Source: the human T2T-CHM13v2.0 reference genome, Homo sapiens. From it: a stretch of DNA of 64,000 nt. Positions 15,821 through 29,345 of the stretch are shown piece by piece. The stretch lies in the NCBI RefSeq assembly GCF_009914755.1, contig NC_060931.1; one strand, 5' to 3'. The translations under genes were made by a program, and so were the position numbers. The stretch's first letter is position 1. The number at the start of each line of letters is the position of its first letter. Below the pieces are notes generated by a model. That model saw only the letters and a list, made by a program, of their open reading frames with translations. It searched no databases and was not told the DNA's origin.

Positions 15821-15833
15821 TGCTGACTCAGCA
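15821..15833. promoter_or_regulatory. perfect palindromic T-MARE (Maf/CNC recognition element, contains AP-1/ARE core)
   Basis: TGCTGACTCAGCA, an exact 13/13 match. Confidence 0.6.
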
Positions 15834-18009
15834 TGGGCCACCTTCTTAGGCTAACTTACTGCTTTCCCTGCTCCTAAGGAGTCACCAGAGGGGGAGCAAA
15901 TGGAGCACCAGCACATTCTCCAATTCTCCTAGGTGTCGTAGCTCTCCTCACTGATTATGAATTGTTTCTGGGAGAACAGAATGAGCTGTTAGGCTGCAAA
16001 TGATCTAACCTTTCATACTTGACCATGTAGACTTTCCGCATTTATTCCAGTCCTCATTTCCAAATTTCACTAACAGAATTGCAGAGATCGTAGGATTCTA
16101 TTGTCACAGAATAGAAATCTGTGATGCTTATGTGTTGCAAACCTAATTTCTCTATATATTTGTGTTAGAGGAAAGTTATATTTTTCTATTATCTTTGTAG
16201 AAGAACTTTGGTTTTTAACAATCATGGTAACTTAAAAACAAGTTTCTTGGTAACTTAGATGATCCAGTCATTAAAATCATGATATAGATTCTAAATATTG
16301 GGGAATTTGGAGATTTATGATTCTTAAAGGCATTATAAAAAATAAATAGGTATATGGTATACAGTTCTAAATAGCTTGGAATTATGAGTGTAAATGTTAA
16401 GTGTACTAGCAGTGATTTCTCTTTAAAAAATAAGCAAAAATTGACCCTGGATTGATGAAATTTTTTTTAACCCTTATTCATGTTGTAGGAAATTTTATAG
16501 ACAGACATTGTAAAAGAGTGAATGGATTGCTATTGAAAGATAATCTGATATCAACTTAACTTGCTGGTGACTTTAAATTTCATATACTGGCTTTCATGCT
16601 ACATTTATATCTTAGCAATAAGTATTCATGAGTCTCATATTTGAAGGTAGAGAATCTTGAATAGTAAAGAGTTCTGGTTTACGTCTTTAAAGGTCAGAAA
16701 TATGCACTGTTATATCTAGTTTGTATATTTCCTCTAGTAAAAATCTATGCCTGACTGAAAGTGCTGAATTTATGGTAGAACAAAAGAGACTTATCCCACC
16801 CAGATTGATTCAAATACCTGGAGATACCAGTTTCAGACATGTGTTGATACAGCTTATTAAAATAGTAAACTCACTAATAAGCATTTTTGTATTTTGGATT
16901 GATTAAAGAATGTTTATGTCAAGAAAAGCATATTTTGAAAGTAATTACAACCATTAGTTATAATTAATTCGGTTTATCTTTTTTAAGGAAGGCTAGGATT
17001 TAATAAGGTGGGTTTTCCTAAAGCCTTTAATCCATGGCTTTTATTTTCACCACGGTAGATTTTCCATATAATTTCCCTCCTTACTTTTTCTTAATGTCAG
17101 ATGAGGTATATATATCTTTTGTAACTTCCTGGTGTCTGATCTTAGATACTTCTAAAGCTGATTGTGAGGATTAATGGACAGGGATTCTATCCAGTAATTG
17201 TGGGTTTTAGAAGAAACATACTCATCCTAGAGAAAGAACTGGCACACATTTGCCCATTTTTGTAGAATTTGGCCTAGATTCGCAAAGAAAAAAATAAATT
17301 TTGGAGACTTCTGATGGTTCATTTTCTTAAGAAAGAAAGAAAATGTTGTTATTATTATTTGCATTTGGTACTGTGCTATGTAAATAAATCAGTGGCATCT
17401 AAGTTAGACTTGATTTTGAAGTGCTGTTATTGATTCACTAAGAACCACTAAGTTTCTCCATCTGCTTCCTATTTACAAAATGGAGATGTTTTCTGTTTCT
17501 AATTTGCCCCTCAGAAGTGCAGTGTTATAAGGATTAATTAGAGAAAGCCAATGGGCTGAACAGTGAGGAAGACATAAATAGAGACAAACGGGGACATTAC
17601 CAGGTGCCTCCTCTTTTTGTTCATGGTTGATCTTCAATCTCAATTTTTTTATACAAAGGGCATCTCATTGTATTATTTGGTCCAATGACTTGCATTGAAA
17701 GGATACTGACTGCCCCAGAATTCATTTGCTTTTCTTAGTGAAATGCCTTAACATTAATATTTTTCAGGGTCTAACTTTTCCTAAAGATTTTCAGGTCCCA
17801 GAATTTCATTCTGAATGGTTGGGCTTTATCAGATTATTTTTCAATAGCAAGCCATTCACTCTTTTACAATGTCTATCTATAAAATTTCCCACAACAGTTC
17901 ATAATCCTCTTTTCAGCAGCCTTTTCTCCTTCTTTATCACTTCTTTTGTCCACTTATTTTCAGGATGCAAAGTTGGCGTCACTGACTTGCTCATGGCTTC
18001 TTGAACATC

Positions 18010-18220
18010 TGTGTGAGGCAGGATTGCTGAAGATCCCAGGCTTTTGAGTTAAACTGCCTGGGGCTGAATCCCTGTTCTAATCTGGCTGTGCAGTGTTAGT
18101 AATGGTACCTCCATTTAACCATCTTTAAAGCGAAAAATTTCTCATGGATTCCTGTGAGGATTAAGATAATATAAGGTCTGCGGCACCGGCATATGATAAA
18201 TGCTCAAAATAGTACTATTA
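18010..18220 (+). mobile_element. MIR fragment
   Basis: ggcttttgagttaaactgcctggggctgaatcc...gtgaggattaagataat...aaatgctcaaaa. Confidence 0.7.
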
Positions 18221-18381
18221 CTTGTATTAACATTAGAAATAAACATTTAGGCACAAGGAAGGAAAAAATAAGCAATCAGGAGGAAGAAAAAGAGCAGTCA
18301 GAAAATGGTGAGAATTAGCATGGGGTGTGTTTTGAAAGTAAAGAAGAAGAGACAGTCATTCGAAAATAGAGAATTTTCTAT

Positions 18382-18540
18382 ACCTTTGCTACTCAGAATG
18401 GCTCCTGGACCAGCAGCATGGGCACCCTGGAAGCTTTCCAGAAATTCAGAATCTCAGGCCCCCAAAGCCCCAGGAATCTAAATCTGCATTTTAACAAAAT
18501 CCCCAGGAGATTCATTTTAAAGCTTGAGAAGGCCTGGTCT
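18382..18540 (+). mobile_element. MER5A1-like hAT-Charlie MITE
   Basis: tgctactcagaatg...ggaccagcagcat...cagaatctcaggcccc...atctgcattttaacaaaatccccagg...ttgagaag. Confidence 0.85.
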
Positions 18541-21059
18541 ACAACCTAACATGCAGCAGAGTTGACAGATGAGATTAAGACTAAACAAACCTTCGAATTT
18601 TCCTGCTAGACCTTTAGTGGAGAAAACAGGGAGGAATGAATAGGTGGCAAATAAAAGAGAGAAATCAGGTATTGATAATTCTTTCAGGAAGCTCAAAAAT
18701 TAATCAGGGTGAAAAAACGTTAGATAATACCTTTAAAATGTAGCAGAATCGAAGGGAAATTTATTTTTATGAACAAGAAAAAGTTGAGTCTGTGTGCAGG
18801 TGGAGCTGAAGTGTCACACAGGGTAAAAGATTGAAAAGTAATGAATACATGAAGACATGGATAGCTAAGAGATGGGGCAAAGAGTGTTTGAAAAACATTG
18901 ACAGCTGGTAAGTTTCAGAAAAACACCTTCATAGACTAGTGCAAAGATGGAAAGAGTGAGGTCAATAAGAGAGAAGATATGTAATTAGGTGTCTTCAGGG
19001 CTGTTTGCTGGGAGTAAGTAGGGCAGGAATGTTATTGGTAGCTGATGTTTTGATAGGGTTAGAACCACTTTGGTGAGTGAGATAGAACTAGAGTTGTAAA
19101 TAAATTTTAGATCTAGTGTGAACTCTGATAGGTCGGAGCTGCATGGAATATTGTGTTGAGAAGGCTTCTGAGGCCAACATAATATTAACAGATAAGAGCT
19201 ATGTATGTCATGAGCAGTTCCTGGCATTATAATTAGGGAGACATAGTAGTGTATGCTCTGCACATTCACCATCCCTGGTATAAAGGATCTCCTGGCCTTG
19301 TATGAAATTATTGAGTAGAAATAAAGAACTATAACATGAAAGTGTGATGAATCATTTTTGCAGTATTTTGTCTTCTTTCTCCAATAATCCTTAGCCTAGG
19401 AATAGAAAATACAGACAAGGGACTAACGAGCAGTAATAAGCTTATTTTTGAAAGGCTTGACTTTTATAGTCTTTATGACTTTTTTTTTTTAATAAAAAAG
19501 CAAATAAAGCCTACATTTGAACAATTTTATGTTTTAAAAAGTGTGGGCTCTTGTATAGAACAGACTATGGAATTTGAACATCACATCTACTACTTTTTAG
19601 CTATGCCTTTGGGCAAATTATAGTTAAGCATTTTCTAGAATGAAAAACTCAGTTTTCTGAGTTTAATATTAGTAGTAATAATAACTAATAGTAATTTCCA
19701 AATAGAGTTGAAGAGAAGATTAAATGAATGTAACATCATGCCTGATGAATTCTTCTGCTGGTTACTTTTATCCTTTAGTGTTGTTTTCAGTTGTTTTTTT
19801 TTTTCTGTCAATTTCTTCTCTATTAAAAATTGTTTTCTGTCACCACGCAAAGCAACCAGGAATCATAGATTATGGTTGAAAAATCAAATGGCAGGCTATT
19901 TGAAAAATATTTATTTCAAAATTTTATTTGAAAAAATTCCCCACTGCTATAATTTAATGCTTATTCCTAATCTCCTTAATTTCCGTTGCTTTATGTATTA
20001 TATAGAGATAAGGTGGAGGGAAACTGATCATGGGTGATGATAACTGCAGAACTGCTGTAAGCAAGGCTTGTTCAGAAACTGACAAATCTATTACAAAGTG
20101 ACTCATGGAAGTGGAGGTTCTGTCACAAACAGGGTCAGTTATTACTTGGCAGTATTCTGTGTGCTTTAGAAGAAAATAATGGGCTGACATAGCATAGAAC
20201 TTTGGGAATAAAAGTTTCTGGATCATGGCAGTTGGCCCAGGACACCAGACCTAGAATTTGCACCGGTAGAATTTGTCTGCCCCAAAGTAACTGGCAATAA
20301 TGCCAATCAAGACTTGTGCCTACTCTTCCATGGGTTCTGGTCCTTCAGTCACATTTGGCCAGGAACCTTCTTGGCTGATGAACTTTTATATGGATACACT
20401 ATAAAAGAGCACAGCTGAGAGCCAAGGAGTGGGATGCATTAATTCCATAACCACATTTTTTCTTTATCCTTCAAAAAATTTGAGAATATATGACACTGAC
20501 AGATGACATTTTTTTGGCAGTGCTGTTAGGTCTTTGCTACAAGGCAGTTCTCCATCTTTGTAGTTGCAGAGTTATAACTTGGTTTCTAAAAGAAATCCTC
20601 ATAGCTATTCACCTGGCTCATATTTCATTCTCAGCTTGAAATTCAAATGTATTGACTCTCCTATTTTTATGTAAAGTGATGCGTTTAGTTAGATTGTCAC
20701 ATCTTCTATATATTGTGTACTTAATCAGTTTAGTAAGAAAAAAATCTATAGAAAATGCTTTGGATGAAGTATGCCTATTAAAATCTCCTACATTTGGCTA
20801 GTTTTATTAACATGCAATTCTTAATATGTAGCATTCACTACCTTTCTATATAACTAGTTTCTCATTCTCTTCCCATCTGTATGAGATTTTTTCATTTTCT
20901 TTCAGAATATACATCAAAATAATGCTTTTGTTTCTTTTTCACAAGTAATAGATGTTCATATCAGAATAATGAAAAGGCACAGATAAGTAAATAGAAGAAA
21001 TACAATCATATTTAATTCCATCATTCCAAGAAAGCCATTGTTAATTCCAGTGCATTCTA

Positions 21060-21300
21060 AGGGGTTGCAAACTCAGATGCATAGAGAAGGCCAGTTGATA
21101 TGATAAATGTACAAATCAAGCTGGATGGGAGCCATGGGACTAGTCCTTGCAAGCATGTGGGCCTGGGGTCCCCTGTTCTTCCTATTTTTCAGGAGAAGAA
21201 GGGTATCAGATTTTTATATAACACATCTGATATTGAAATTTGAACGTGATAAAAATTGGTAAAGACTCTGTAGAAACCAAACAGAATAGGTATGCACACC
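21060..21300 (+). mobile_element. MER102-like hAT-Charlie element
   Basis: Starts aggggttgcaaactcagatgc...ggcc; internal tttttcaggagaag...cagatttttat. Confidence 0.65.
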
Positions 21301-21409
21301 TTTTGCTTTGTTCCTTTTGTATATATAAACTATAATGTTAGAAATTACAATGGTGTTTGCATTTCTTCATTTTTAACTGCACTTTAATATTTCTTCCTTG
21401 AATAAATGA

Positions 21410-22325
21410 CATTTGCTTATCTCATTTCCTCTTGATAGGCATTTACATTGTTTTAGGCTTTGCTATTATGGCAATCATTTTCGGAACATGCTTGTGCATG
21501 TTTTCTGGTACATGTATGGGTATAAGGTATATTGGAAGTGGAATTGCTGAGCTAAGTCATAGGGTGGGTACATGTTCAACTGTGTAAGATAATTCCAAGT
21601 TATTTTGGAAGATGTTTGAAACCAATGTATATGCCCATCAGCAGCCTATGAAGGCTGCTAGTGTTTCCCATGTTTCCCAACACTTGTATGTTTAGATTTT
21701 TTCATTTTTGTCGTTTGGAGAATGTTCGTGTGATCATTTGCACTTTCCTGATTAGCATGAGGTTGAGTATCTTTTGAAACTTATTGATTTGATACTTATT
21801 CAACATAGTGTTTCGACTTATGGGAAATGCTTGCTTTGTCTACTTTCTTTTGAATTGTTTCTATCTTTTGTTGACTTATGGAAGTCATTGTAATAATTTG
21901 ATACTAATCCCGTGTCAATTTTATTACCAATATCTTTTCCCAGATTGCATATCATCCTTTCACTTCCTTTTAGTGTCATTGATAAATGGAAGCTTTCTTT
22001 TTGATGGATTCAAACTTTTTTTTTAACTAAACAGTTAATACTTTTTAATGTCTTGTTTGAAATTTCCTATGAAAGGTCATAAAGATATCCTCCCATATTT
22101 TATTCTAAGATGAAAGTGATCTATCACTTTACCTTTTAATCCATCTGGGATTTTTTTGTGTTTGGTATGAGGTGCAGATCCAGTTTCATTTTTGTTTTCC
22201 ATATGGTTAGCCAAGTATCCCTGACTAACCGGTGATCGGCAGTGCCACTATTGCCATATATCAAATTTCTTATATATCAAACATGCTGTTTCTGTTTCTG
22301 AACTCTGTTTGGTTCCATTGCTGAG
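21410..22325 (-). mobile_element. old L1M fragment (ORF2 end / 3' UTR)
   Basis: ttgctattat...gtggaattgctg...cccatcagcag...tttgcactttcctgatt...atccatctgggatttttttgtgtttggtatgaggt...ttccatatgg. Confidence 0.85.
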
Positions 22326-24614
22326 ACCTTTGCTTCTCATGTACACTATGTTTATAGAGCAAAACATATTGTTTTGCTAAACCGTGCTTTATTTTCTGGG
22401 AAAAAAAACCCCCAAGGTTTATATTAATTTTATGAAAAAATGGCTGTCAGTTTATTTTATACCTTTTCCCATCTGCCCCTTTATGCTGATTATAAGGATT
22501 AACCCTTTCCATTATCTAAGCTTTATGATGATCCACTTGAGTAATATTGGAAAAGAAGGAACAACATGTCCAGGTTTCAGACACATGCTCAGTGAGGCAA
22601 AATGGAATACAGAAATTCCTACCTAAGTAGTAGCCAAGTCAAAGAGAGAAATGCCTCTCTGTGGTGCCCCTGAGAAGGAACAGGGGTTGTAACTGATGAA
22701 CTCACTATGTAGGCCACAGCCTGATGCTTGAATATATTGCTGATAAAAATCCTTATAAATATCTAGATAGTGATTGTAAATTAAACTTGTATTCCATCTG
22801 CTATTAGTTTAAAATCTACTAAACCCATTTTTCAGCCTGTGAAAAATATACCACCTGGCCAAGTGCTTTCACATTATTTATGTATGGGGCATTTAGGGTT
22901 TTCTTATATCTTTTTTCCTTTTGCTCTACTTCAGGATCTTTTATATGTTTAAAGTGAAAAGTATTTCCACATATCTCTATTTAAAATAATTTAGTAGATC
23001 CTTCTATGTCTATTTTTTTGAATTAGAAATGCAATTCTGGATTGTTGTAAATGAATTATTTGAGTCTGTTTTGTCTCAATGTAACAGCAGAATAGTGGAA
23101 TTCGTATGGAAATAATTGTTTTACACTTAAAAAATTCTTTTAGTGACCTCAAATTCAAGAAAAAAGAAATTAACTGTATCATTATTTTCTATAGTGGTAT
23201 TTAAAATATTGTAATAACATGCTTACCATGTTCTCTGAAAGTGAACCAAGAGAGTTATATTGCAGATCTATTCTCTGTTTTTTCTCCTCTGTTTCTTTAC
23301 CTTTTCTTTTTCCTTTTTTTCTTTCTCCTCCCTTTTTTCTTCTCTTTTAAATATTTGTAAATTAATGTCCTTACCTGGAAATCCTGGGAATATTTTATCT
23401 TGAGCTTGATATCTGGGCTTTATTTAATGACTCCTTTAGTGGAATTTCTAACTATAAATGAAATACATTTTCCCTAAATGCTGTGGACTTTGCAGTACAG
23501 GAGGCCGATTAGGTCAAGATATCTACTATTGTTTTTCTATATGTCAGAAACAGTGTTTCAAGGTTCAGCAAGTCATGAAAAGTGTTTCAAGGTCCATCAA
23601 GGAGAGACTCAGAGGGATGATTGAGGAGGTGTGCGCTCACTGTGTCTGTCCCTGCCATCATCTCCAAATGGGATTGTTTGCATCCGTGTAACTGCTGCTC
23701 TGAGGGGAAATAAAGTTTATAGAGAATCTTTAAATTATTCCAGTGTAGGAAAAAATTGTAAGGTCAACTTTCTCATCACCTGCCAATGCAATAATTTTTT
23801 TTTGTAGGTTGAAAGCATATTCAAGAAGAGTTTTTTTAAAAAGATGTTTAAGACTTACTTTTCCAGTTCTTTTTTTGTAACTACAAACAGAACTTGTCAG
23901 TAGAGGTAATGATACAGAAAGGGAAAGAAGTATGAATTTTAAATGAATGGAGCGCAGGCTATTAAGAAAGTAAATTTATTCGTGCAAACCATTGTGCATG
24001 TATTCTATAGGTTATTCCAGCCCCAACTGGGTTACCTTCTCCCTGTACTCACTAGCAATCCAGTCAGTGTGGTTCTAGTTAGAATCCCATAAATCTGTAA
24101 CAGAATTAATTGCATATCCTTCCAAGCTAGCAGTGAAAGGAGTAACATTGGCCAGGATTTTGATGTTTTGCCATATTCTAAAATCAACATGATGGTATAC
24201 GACATTGCTGAAAACATTAATTTAGAGGGTGGCTGGAAATTGCTGAAAATATTGAACTCTAGCTAGTGAACCCAAACATTCTCCTTTTTTTCTACTTCTA
24301 GATCAGAGAAGTCCATGTAGTTAAAACTTCACTCTTAATTTAATTCTCTACCTCAAGTATATATGCATAAAACCATATTTCTTTGTTTAGCAAGCTGAAC
24401 ACTGCTTTTTATAATATTAGTCTGTAAATCATAAGTGTGAGGCAATTGGATCATTGTGCTCTGTAAGGAGCATATTCCACAATAGCCAGTTTATTTTATT
24501 TGACTTTTATCTAGCCCTTGCTAGCAATATACTGGATTCTGTTTGATGCATTTTGCATAAGGGTTCTATTTGGTCCATAATGGTTTGTGTAATGAACTAT
24601 TTGTTCTCTTCTAG

Positions 24615-24653
24615 ATGACAGCCAGTTGCTTAAAACCTATAATGAGATGTCAG
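24615..24653 (+). other. candidate 39-nt micro-exon
   Basis: tttgttctcttctAG| ... CAG|GTGAAT. Length is a multiple of 3. Phase 1 reads DSQLLKTYNEMS; phase 0 reads MTASCLKPIMRCQ. Confidence 0.35.
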
Positions 24654-25959
24654 GTGAATTGCACTGATTGGCATTGATGGATGGACTTGTTGAAATATTG
24701 CAGAGTTTCCGTAGGGGCGTAGAGGAAAATGGCTGTTTAGAGGTTTGGGTCTCCTAAGCACTGAAACTGTCATCACATAAACAGAACCACTTCTGCAGGT
24801 CTGAGGTGTCATCGTGCATTTTCTGGCTAATCTATCCATTCATCTCAATAGTCCAGAACTTGCGCATCATGTCACTCTTTGCCTTTGTTCTGCACTTTGA
24901 TCTTTCAGAATGTCTGTCAGAAGAAAAGTGTTTATATTGAATTATGTGTGGAAAGGGGTAGGCTGCATACTTCAGAATCTTGGCATGAAATTTGCTAAAC
25001 AAACCTTGCCAGTTGCTCCGCAGCAATAATCGAAGTATGGATTTCAATTTAACGATATGTAGGTGCACACTTTTCCCCTTCAAAAACAACTTTAATGTGG
25101 ATGTTTGGGTGTAGGAGATTTTATTTTGTTTTGTTTTTCCTGTAGAAAGTATGTAGCACCTTTATTGTTAACTGTTAAAATTAATGTTAAGAAGGAAGAT
25201 AAATGAATTTTTCAAAATCAACTTTTTTCCACTAAAATTCTGGTTAAATGCATTAACTAAATGTATGCCTTGGCTGAAATATCTTTTTGTGTGTATATTT
25301 TATCTCACTGATTCTAACATTCTAGTATAAGATAGTCTATTTTGGTATCCATTATATCTATTATAATACATGTATTAGAACACATTAGGAATTCCACAAC
25401 AAAAGCAAAAGCAAACAAAAATAGGAACTAATTACATTGAAAAGTACTATACAGACACAATAGCAGAAACAATGGGTGAATTATTAGTTTCTGCATTCTG
25501 TCACAGCTATCCATTCTCTTTTCTCATACCTTTTTAATATGTTTGAAATAAAAAATAATTATGAGATCAAGGTTTTTTTCCTTCATAGTTGTCTAAAATG
25601 ATTAAGGACATCAATTTCCACTGATATGATGCTGTGGGCAAGAAAATGTATAATGGTTCAATTCCCCAGGTTAACTTGCCTTGCAGTGGGCAAAAACAGA
25701 CTTCAGAGATCTTTTGACATTGGTCATATGTCTTTCCTCAGTCTGGAGATGGAAGTTTTGGTGCTCTTAACTGCTATATCCTGGGCTTCTCGAGGTAATG
25801 ACAGATCTTATGCTAACTTAGGGACCCTTTGGATTAAAATTGAATAGTAACCTGCAATGACATGGATGATCTTTGAATCAATAACTTTCTTACTACAAAT
25901 GAAGCATTCATGGAAGCTGAATGAGCTCAGCTAACCCAGTAAGGTAACTCACATTCAAC

Positions 25960-26055
25960 AAACTGATTTGGTCTTTGACAAGGCTCAAGTGTGAGTAGTT
26001 CTGAAAGTTTCCCAGGTGATTCCAATGTGCAAGCCAAGTTCAAAGCCACTGAGCT
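25960..26055. mobile_element. MER5-family fragment
   Basis: ttcccaggtgattccaatgtgcaagccaagttcaaagccactg. Confidence 0.6.
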
Positions 26056-26146
26056 AGGCAGATTGAACAGAATCATTGCAACTGTATGAATATGAAGCTT
26101 TCCAGGCAGAATGAAATACATGGACACTCATGAGAATCTAGAGCTA

Positions 26147-26230
26147 GCTGGTCTACCAAGGGCTTCTCAAACCTGCAAACCAAGCCCTGCTGATCTACCA
26201 AGAGCTTCTCAAACCTCCAAACCAGGACAG
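26147..26230. repeat. 42-bp tandem duplication (2 copies)
   Basis: gctggtctaccaagggcttctcaaacctgcaaaccaagccct / gctgatctaccaagagcttctcaaacctccaaaccaggacag. Confidence 0.9.
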
Positions 26231-27515
26231 GCATGGCAGGAAGAGGGTTGAACCACAGCAGAGAGCTGGTGAGACAAGGTAGTCTGTTTTCCAGGACTGT
26301 ATTTTCCCTTAAGTGAAGACCACGTCAGATGTTAAATGAAGACTATGACCCTTTAAAGGCTTTGGCTTGCTTAGTATAGACACTTCTTCCCACTCCTAGT
26401 GTCATTCTTGAATGGTTTAAAATATGTTGATAGAAGAGTAAGAGGGGCAGAGCTGTTATTATTTTCTGCAAATTTTTAAACATGAGAACATCACGACAGT
26501 GTCCCTAGGATTATAAGCTAGGCCCAGACCTAGTCTAGTCTGTGATCTACCAGGGTTGACAGAAAAAAGCTTTTTGACTAGCTGAACAGCTTCTGGCAGA
26601 CTTGGTTGTGTTTGATGGCATTTATGGTGATGTCAGTGATGCCATGGTAGTGACTGGCTGTTACAGATTGTAAAAAGGACAAGGCATTTGGTACAGGCAA
26701 ACAGAGGTATTAACCATATAACAGATTTCTCTATTCATAACAATGGTTACTTTTAATAAACTGGAAATTGCATGTTTAGTCATTTGTCTGATACTTGTTC
26801 AGACTTGGAGTCAAAAGACTTGAGTTTTTTAGCCTCATTTTGTAATTTTAATAATTATTTTTACTATTCACTATATTCTAACTTTTTACTAGTATCAATA
26901 AATTAATATCTCCCCCATTATTTTTACAAGTACTTAGGTTAAATATCTAATTATAGAGTGCTTTTCATATTTTTAAAAATATCAACTGTCAACCACAAAA
27001 AGAACTGGAGTCACAAGTATAAGTCTACTGTAAGTATACTGCTATGTATTTGTAGTAATTTCTAGCTGAGCACTAACGAGTAAGAAAAGGTGGTGTAGTA
27101 AGAAAAGGTGGGTGGGTATGTTTCTTCATTTATTTCAAGTTATAGTTTATGTAAAGTTCATATGGTTTTAGAACATTTTTATTGAGGACCTCTGGTATAT
27201 GTTACCTTAAAAAAAAGGATAGCTTAAGTATCCTTCATTTATTCATCTGTAAAACAGGGGATAATAATAGTGACTGCATATGGGATTATTACAATACAAA
27301 AAGATGTATATTTGGAGGGTCTTAGCAATGACAGTGAAAACTATTTTGTTGAGCTTTGTGTCCAAGTAATTCAGACATCCTGATGAACTTTCTTTTTGTT
27401 TGAATATTGAAAACATTTTTCTACTTTAATGGGATTTCATAATAGGTTAGAGATTCCATGCCAGGAATTGAGGTGTAAATGCCACATTTGCAATGCTACT
27501 TCCCTTGAAATCCAG

Positions 27516-27566
27516 GTGAAACTAAAGAAGCTTTGAAGGAAACATGACAAAACTTAAACTCTTCAG
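27516..27566 (+). other. candidate 51-nt exon with stops in all frames
   Basis: cttcccttgaaatccAG| ... CAG|GTAACC. The acceptor is weak. Confidence 0.2.
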
Positions 27567-28023
27567 GTAACCCTTCTTTTCTAATCATTGACATTTTTTA
27601 GGTTGCTTTGATATTTTGTTTTGGAAAAAAATGATAATATATTTTTTCTGGCATTTAAGTCATGCTAACTTTTAAAGAGAAACAGTAGACTTATACTTGT
27701 GACTCCAGTTTTTTTTGTGGTTGACATTTGATATTTTTAGAAATAGAAAAGCACTCTATAATTAGATATTTAATCTAAGTACTTCTAAAAATAATGGGGG
27801 AGATATTAATTTATTGATACTGTAAAAAATGTTACAATATGGTGAATATAAAAATTATTGAAATCACAAAATGGAGTTAAAATGTCACTAGTTCCCTCTC
27901 GGATGTGTTTCTTTTACATTGAAAAAATGCTTATTCACTAAATCATACTATGCATATATATCATAAAAATATAGCTTAACCGTATCATATATACTAGATA
28001 TATGTAGTACATGCATAAATCTA

Positions 28024-28157
28024 GTGTGTATGTATGTGTGTATATATATATATATATACACACACACATATATAGGTACAGTTTAGAAGTTATATATATA
28101 TGTAGTGTAGGTGTAGGTGTGTGTATATATAGTTTTGAATGTATACACACAAATACA
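28024..28157. repeat. low-complexity (TG/TA/CA)n
   Basis: Alternating purine-pyrimidine runs abutting Tigger3. Confidence 0.85.
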
Positions 28158-28535
28158 CAGATGCGTTGTTGACTGGGATAGGTTCTGATAAATACATGGT
28201 TAGGTGATTTCCTCATTGTGTGAACATCTTAGAGAGCACTTACAACACAAGCCTAGAGAGTATAGCCTACTACACACCTAGGCTATATGGTATAGTCTGT
28301 TGCTCCTAGGCTACAAACCTGTACAGCATGTTACTGTATGGCATACTTCAGGCAATTGTAAAACAATGGTAAGTATTTCTGTATCTAGGCATAGAAAAGG
28401 TAATGCATTTGGCTACAACATTAAAATGGCTACAACATCACTAGGTTATAGGAATTTTTCAGCTCCATAAAAATCTTATGGGACCACTGTATATGTGTTC
28501 AGTCATTGACTGAAACATTGTTATGCTGGGTGTCT
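28158..28535 (+). mobile_element. Tigger3 (MER7/Golem) non-autonomous element
   Basis: tagcctactacacacctaggctatatggtatag...ctcctaggctacaaacctgtacagcatgttactgta...tcttatgggaccac...gaaacattgttatgc. Confidence 0.92.
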
Positions 28536-28616
28536 CCAGACCTCTTAAAGTCTTTATATATATAAAATATATAAAGTCTATATATTTAGATCCTCTGCTG
28601 TTGGCAGCATAATATA

Positions 28617-28990
28617 CAGTCATGTGCTGCATAACAATGTTTGGGTCAATGACAGATGGTATGTACAACAGTGGTCCCATAAGATTATAATGGAGCTGAA
28701 AAGTTCCTATTGCCTGGTGCTATTAAGCTGTCCTAATGTCATAGTGTAAAGCATTCCTCACGTGTTTTTTGGTGATGGTGGTGTAAACAAGCCTAATCTG
28801 CCAGTTGCATAAAAGCCTAGCACATATAGTTATGTACAACACATATCACTTGATAATAATTATGTTACTGGTTTATGTATTTACTATACTATTAATCATT
28901 ATTTTAAAATGTGGTTATGTAAACAAAGTTAATTGTAAACAGCCTCAGGCTGGTCCTTCAGAAGGAGATGATAGCTTCATGCATGTTACT
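28617..28990 (-). mobile_element. second Tigger3 (MER7B-like) fragment, opposite orientation
   Basis: TA|cagtcatgtgctgcataacaatgttt...gtggtcccataagattataatggagctgaaaa...aaacagcctcaggctggtccttcag. Confidence 0.9.
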
Positions 28991-29026
28991 ACATAAAATT
29001 GTTTGGGATAATAAATAAGATAACTT

Positions 29027-29345
<319 letters not shown>

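Noticed and set aside
15884-15897. ACCAGAGGGGGAGC as a CTCF site
   Set aside because: Several mismatches in the 5' half when aligned to the core.
24577-24590. CATAATGGTTTGTG matches the 3' part of miR-15a
   Set aside because: The seed (TAGCAGCA) is absent and I see no hairpin or miR-16 partner; likely chance.
27079-27111. 18-bp-period duplication agtaagaaaaggtgg (similar short ones at about 10950 and 55370)
   Set aside because: Ordinary two-copy slippage; not an array and not CRISPR-like in this eukaryotic context.
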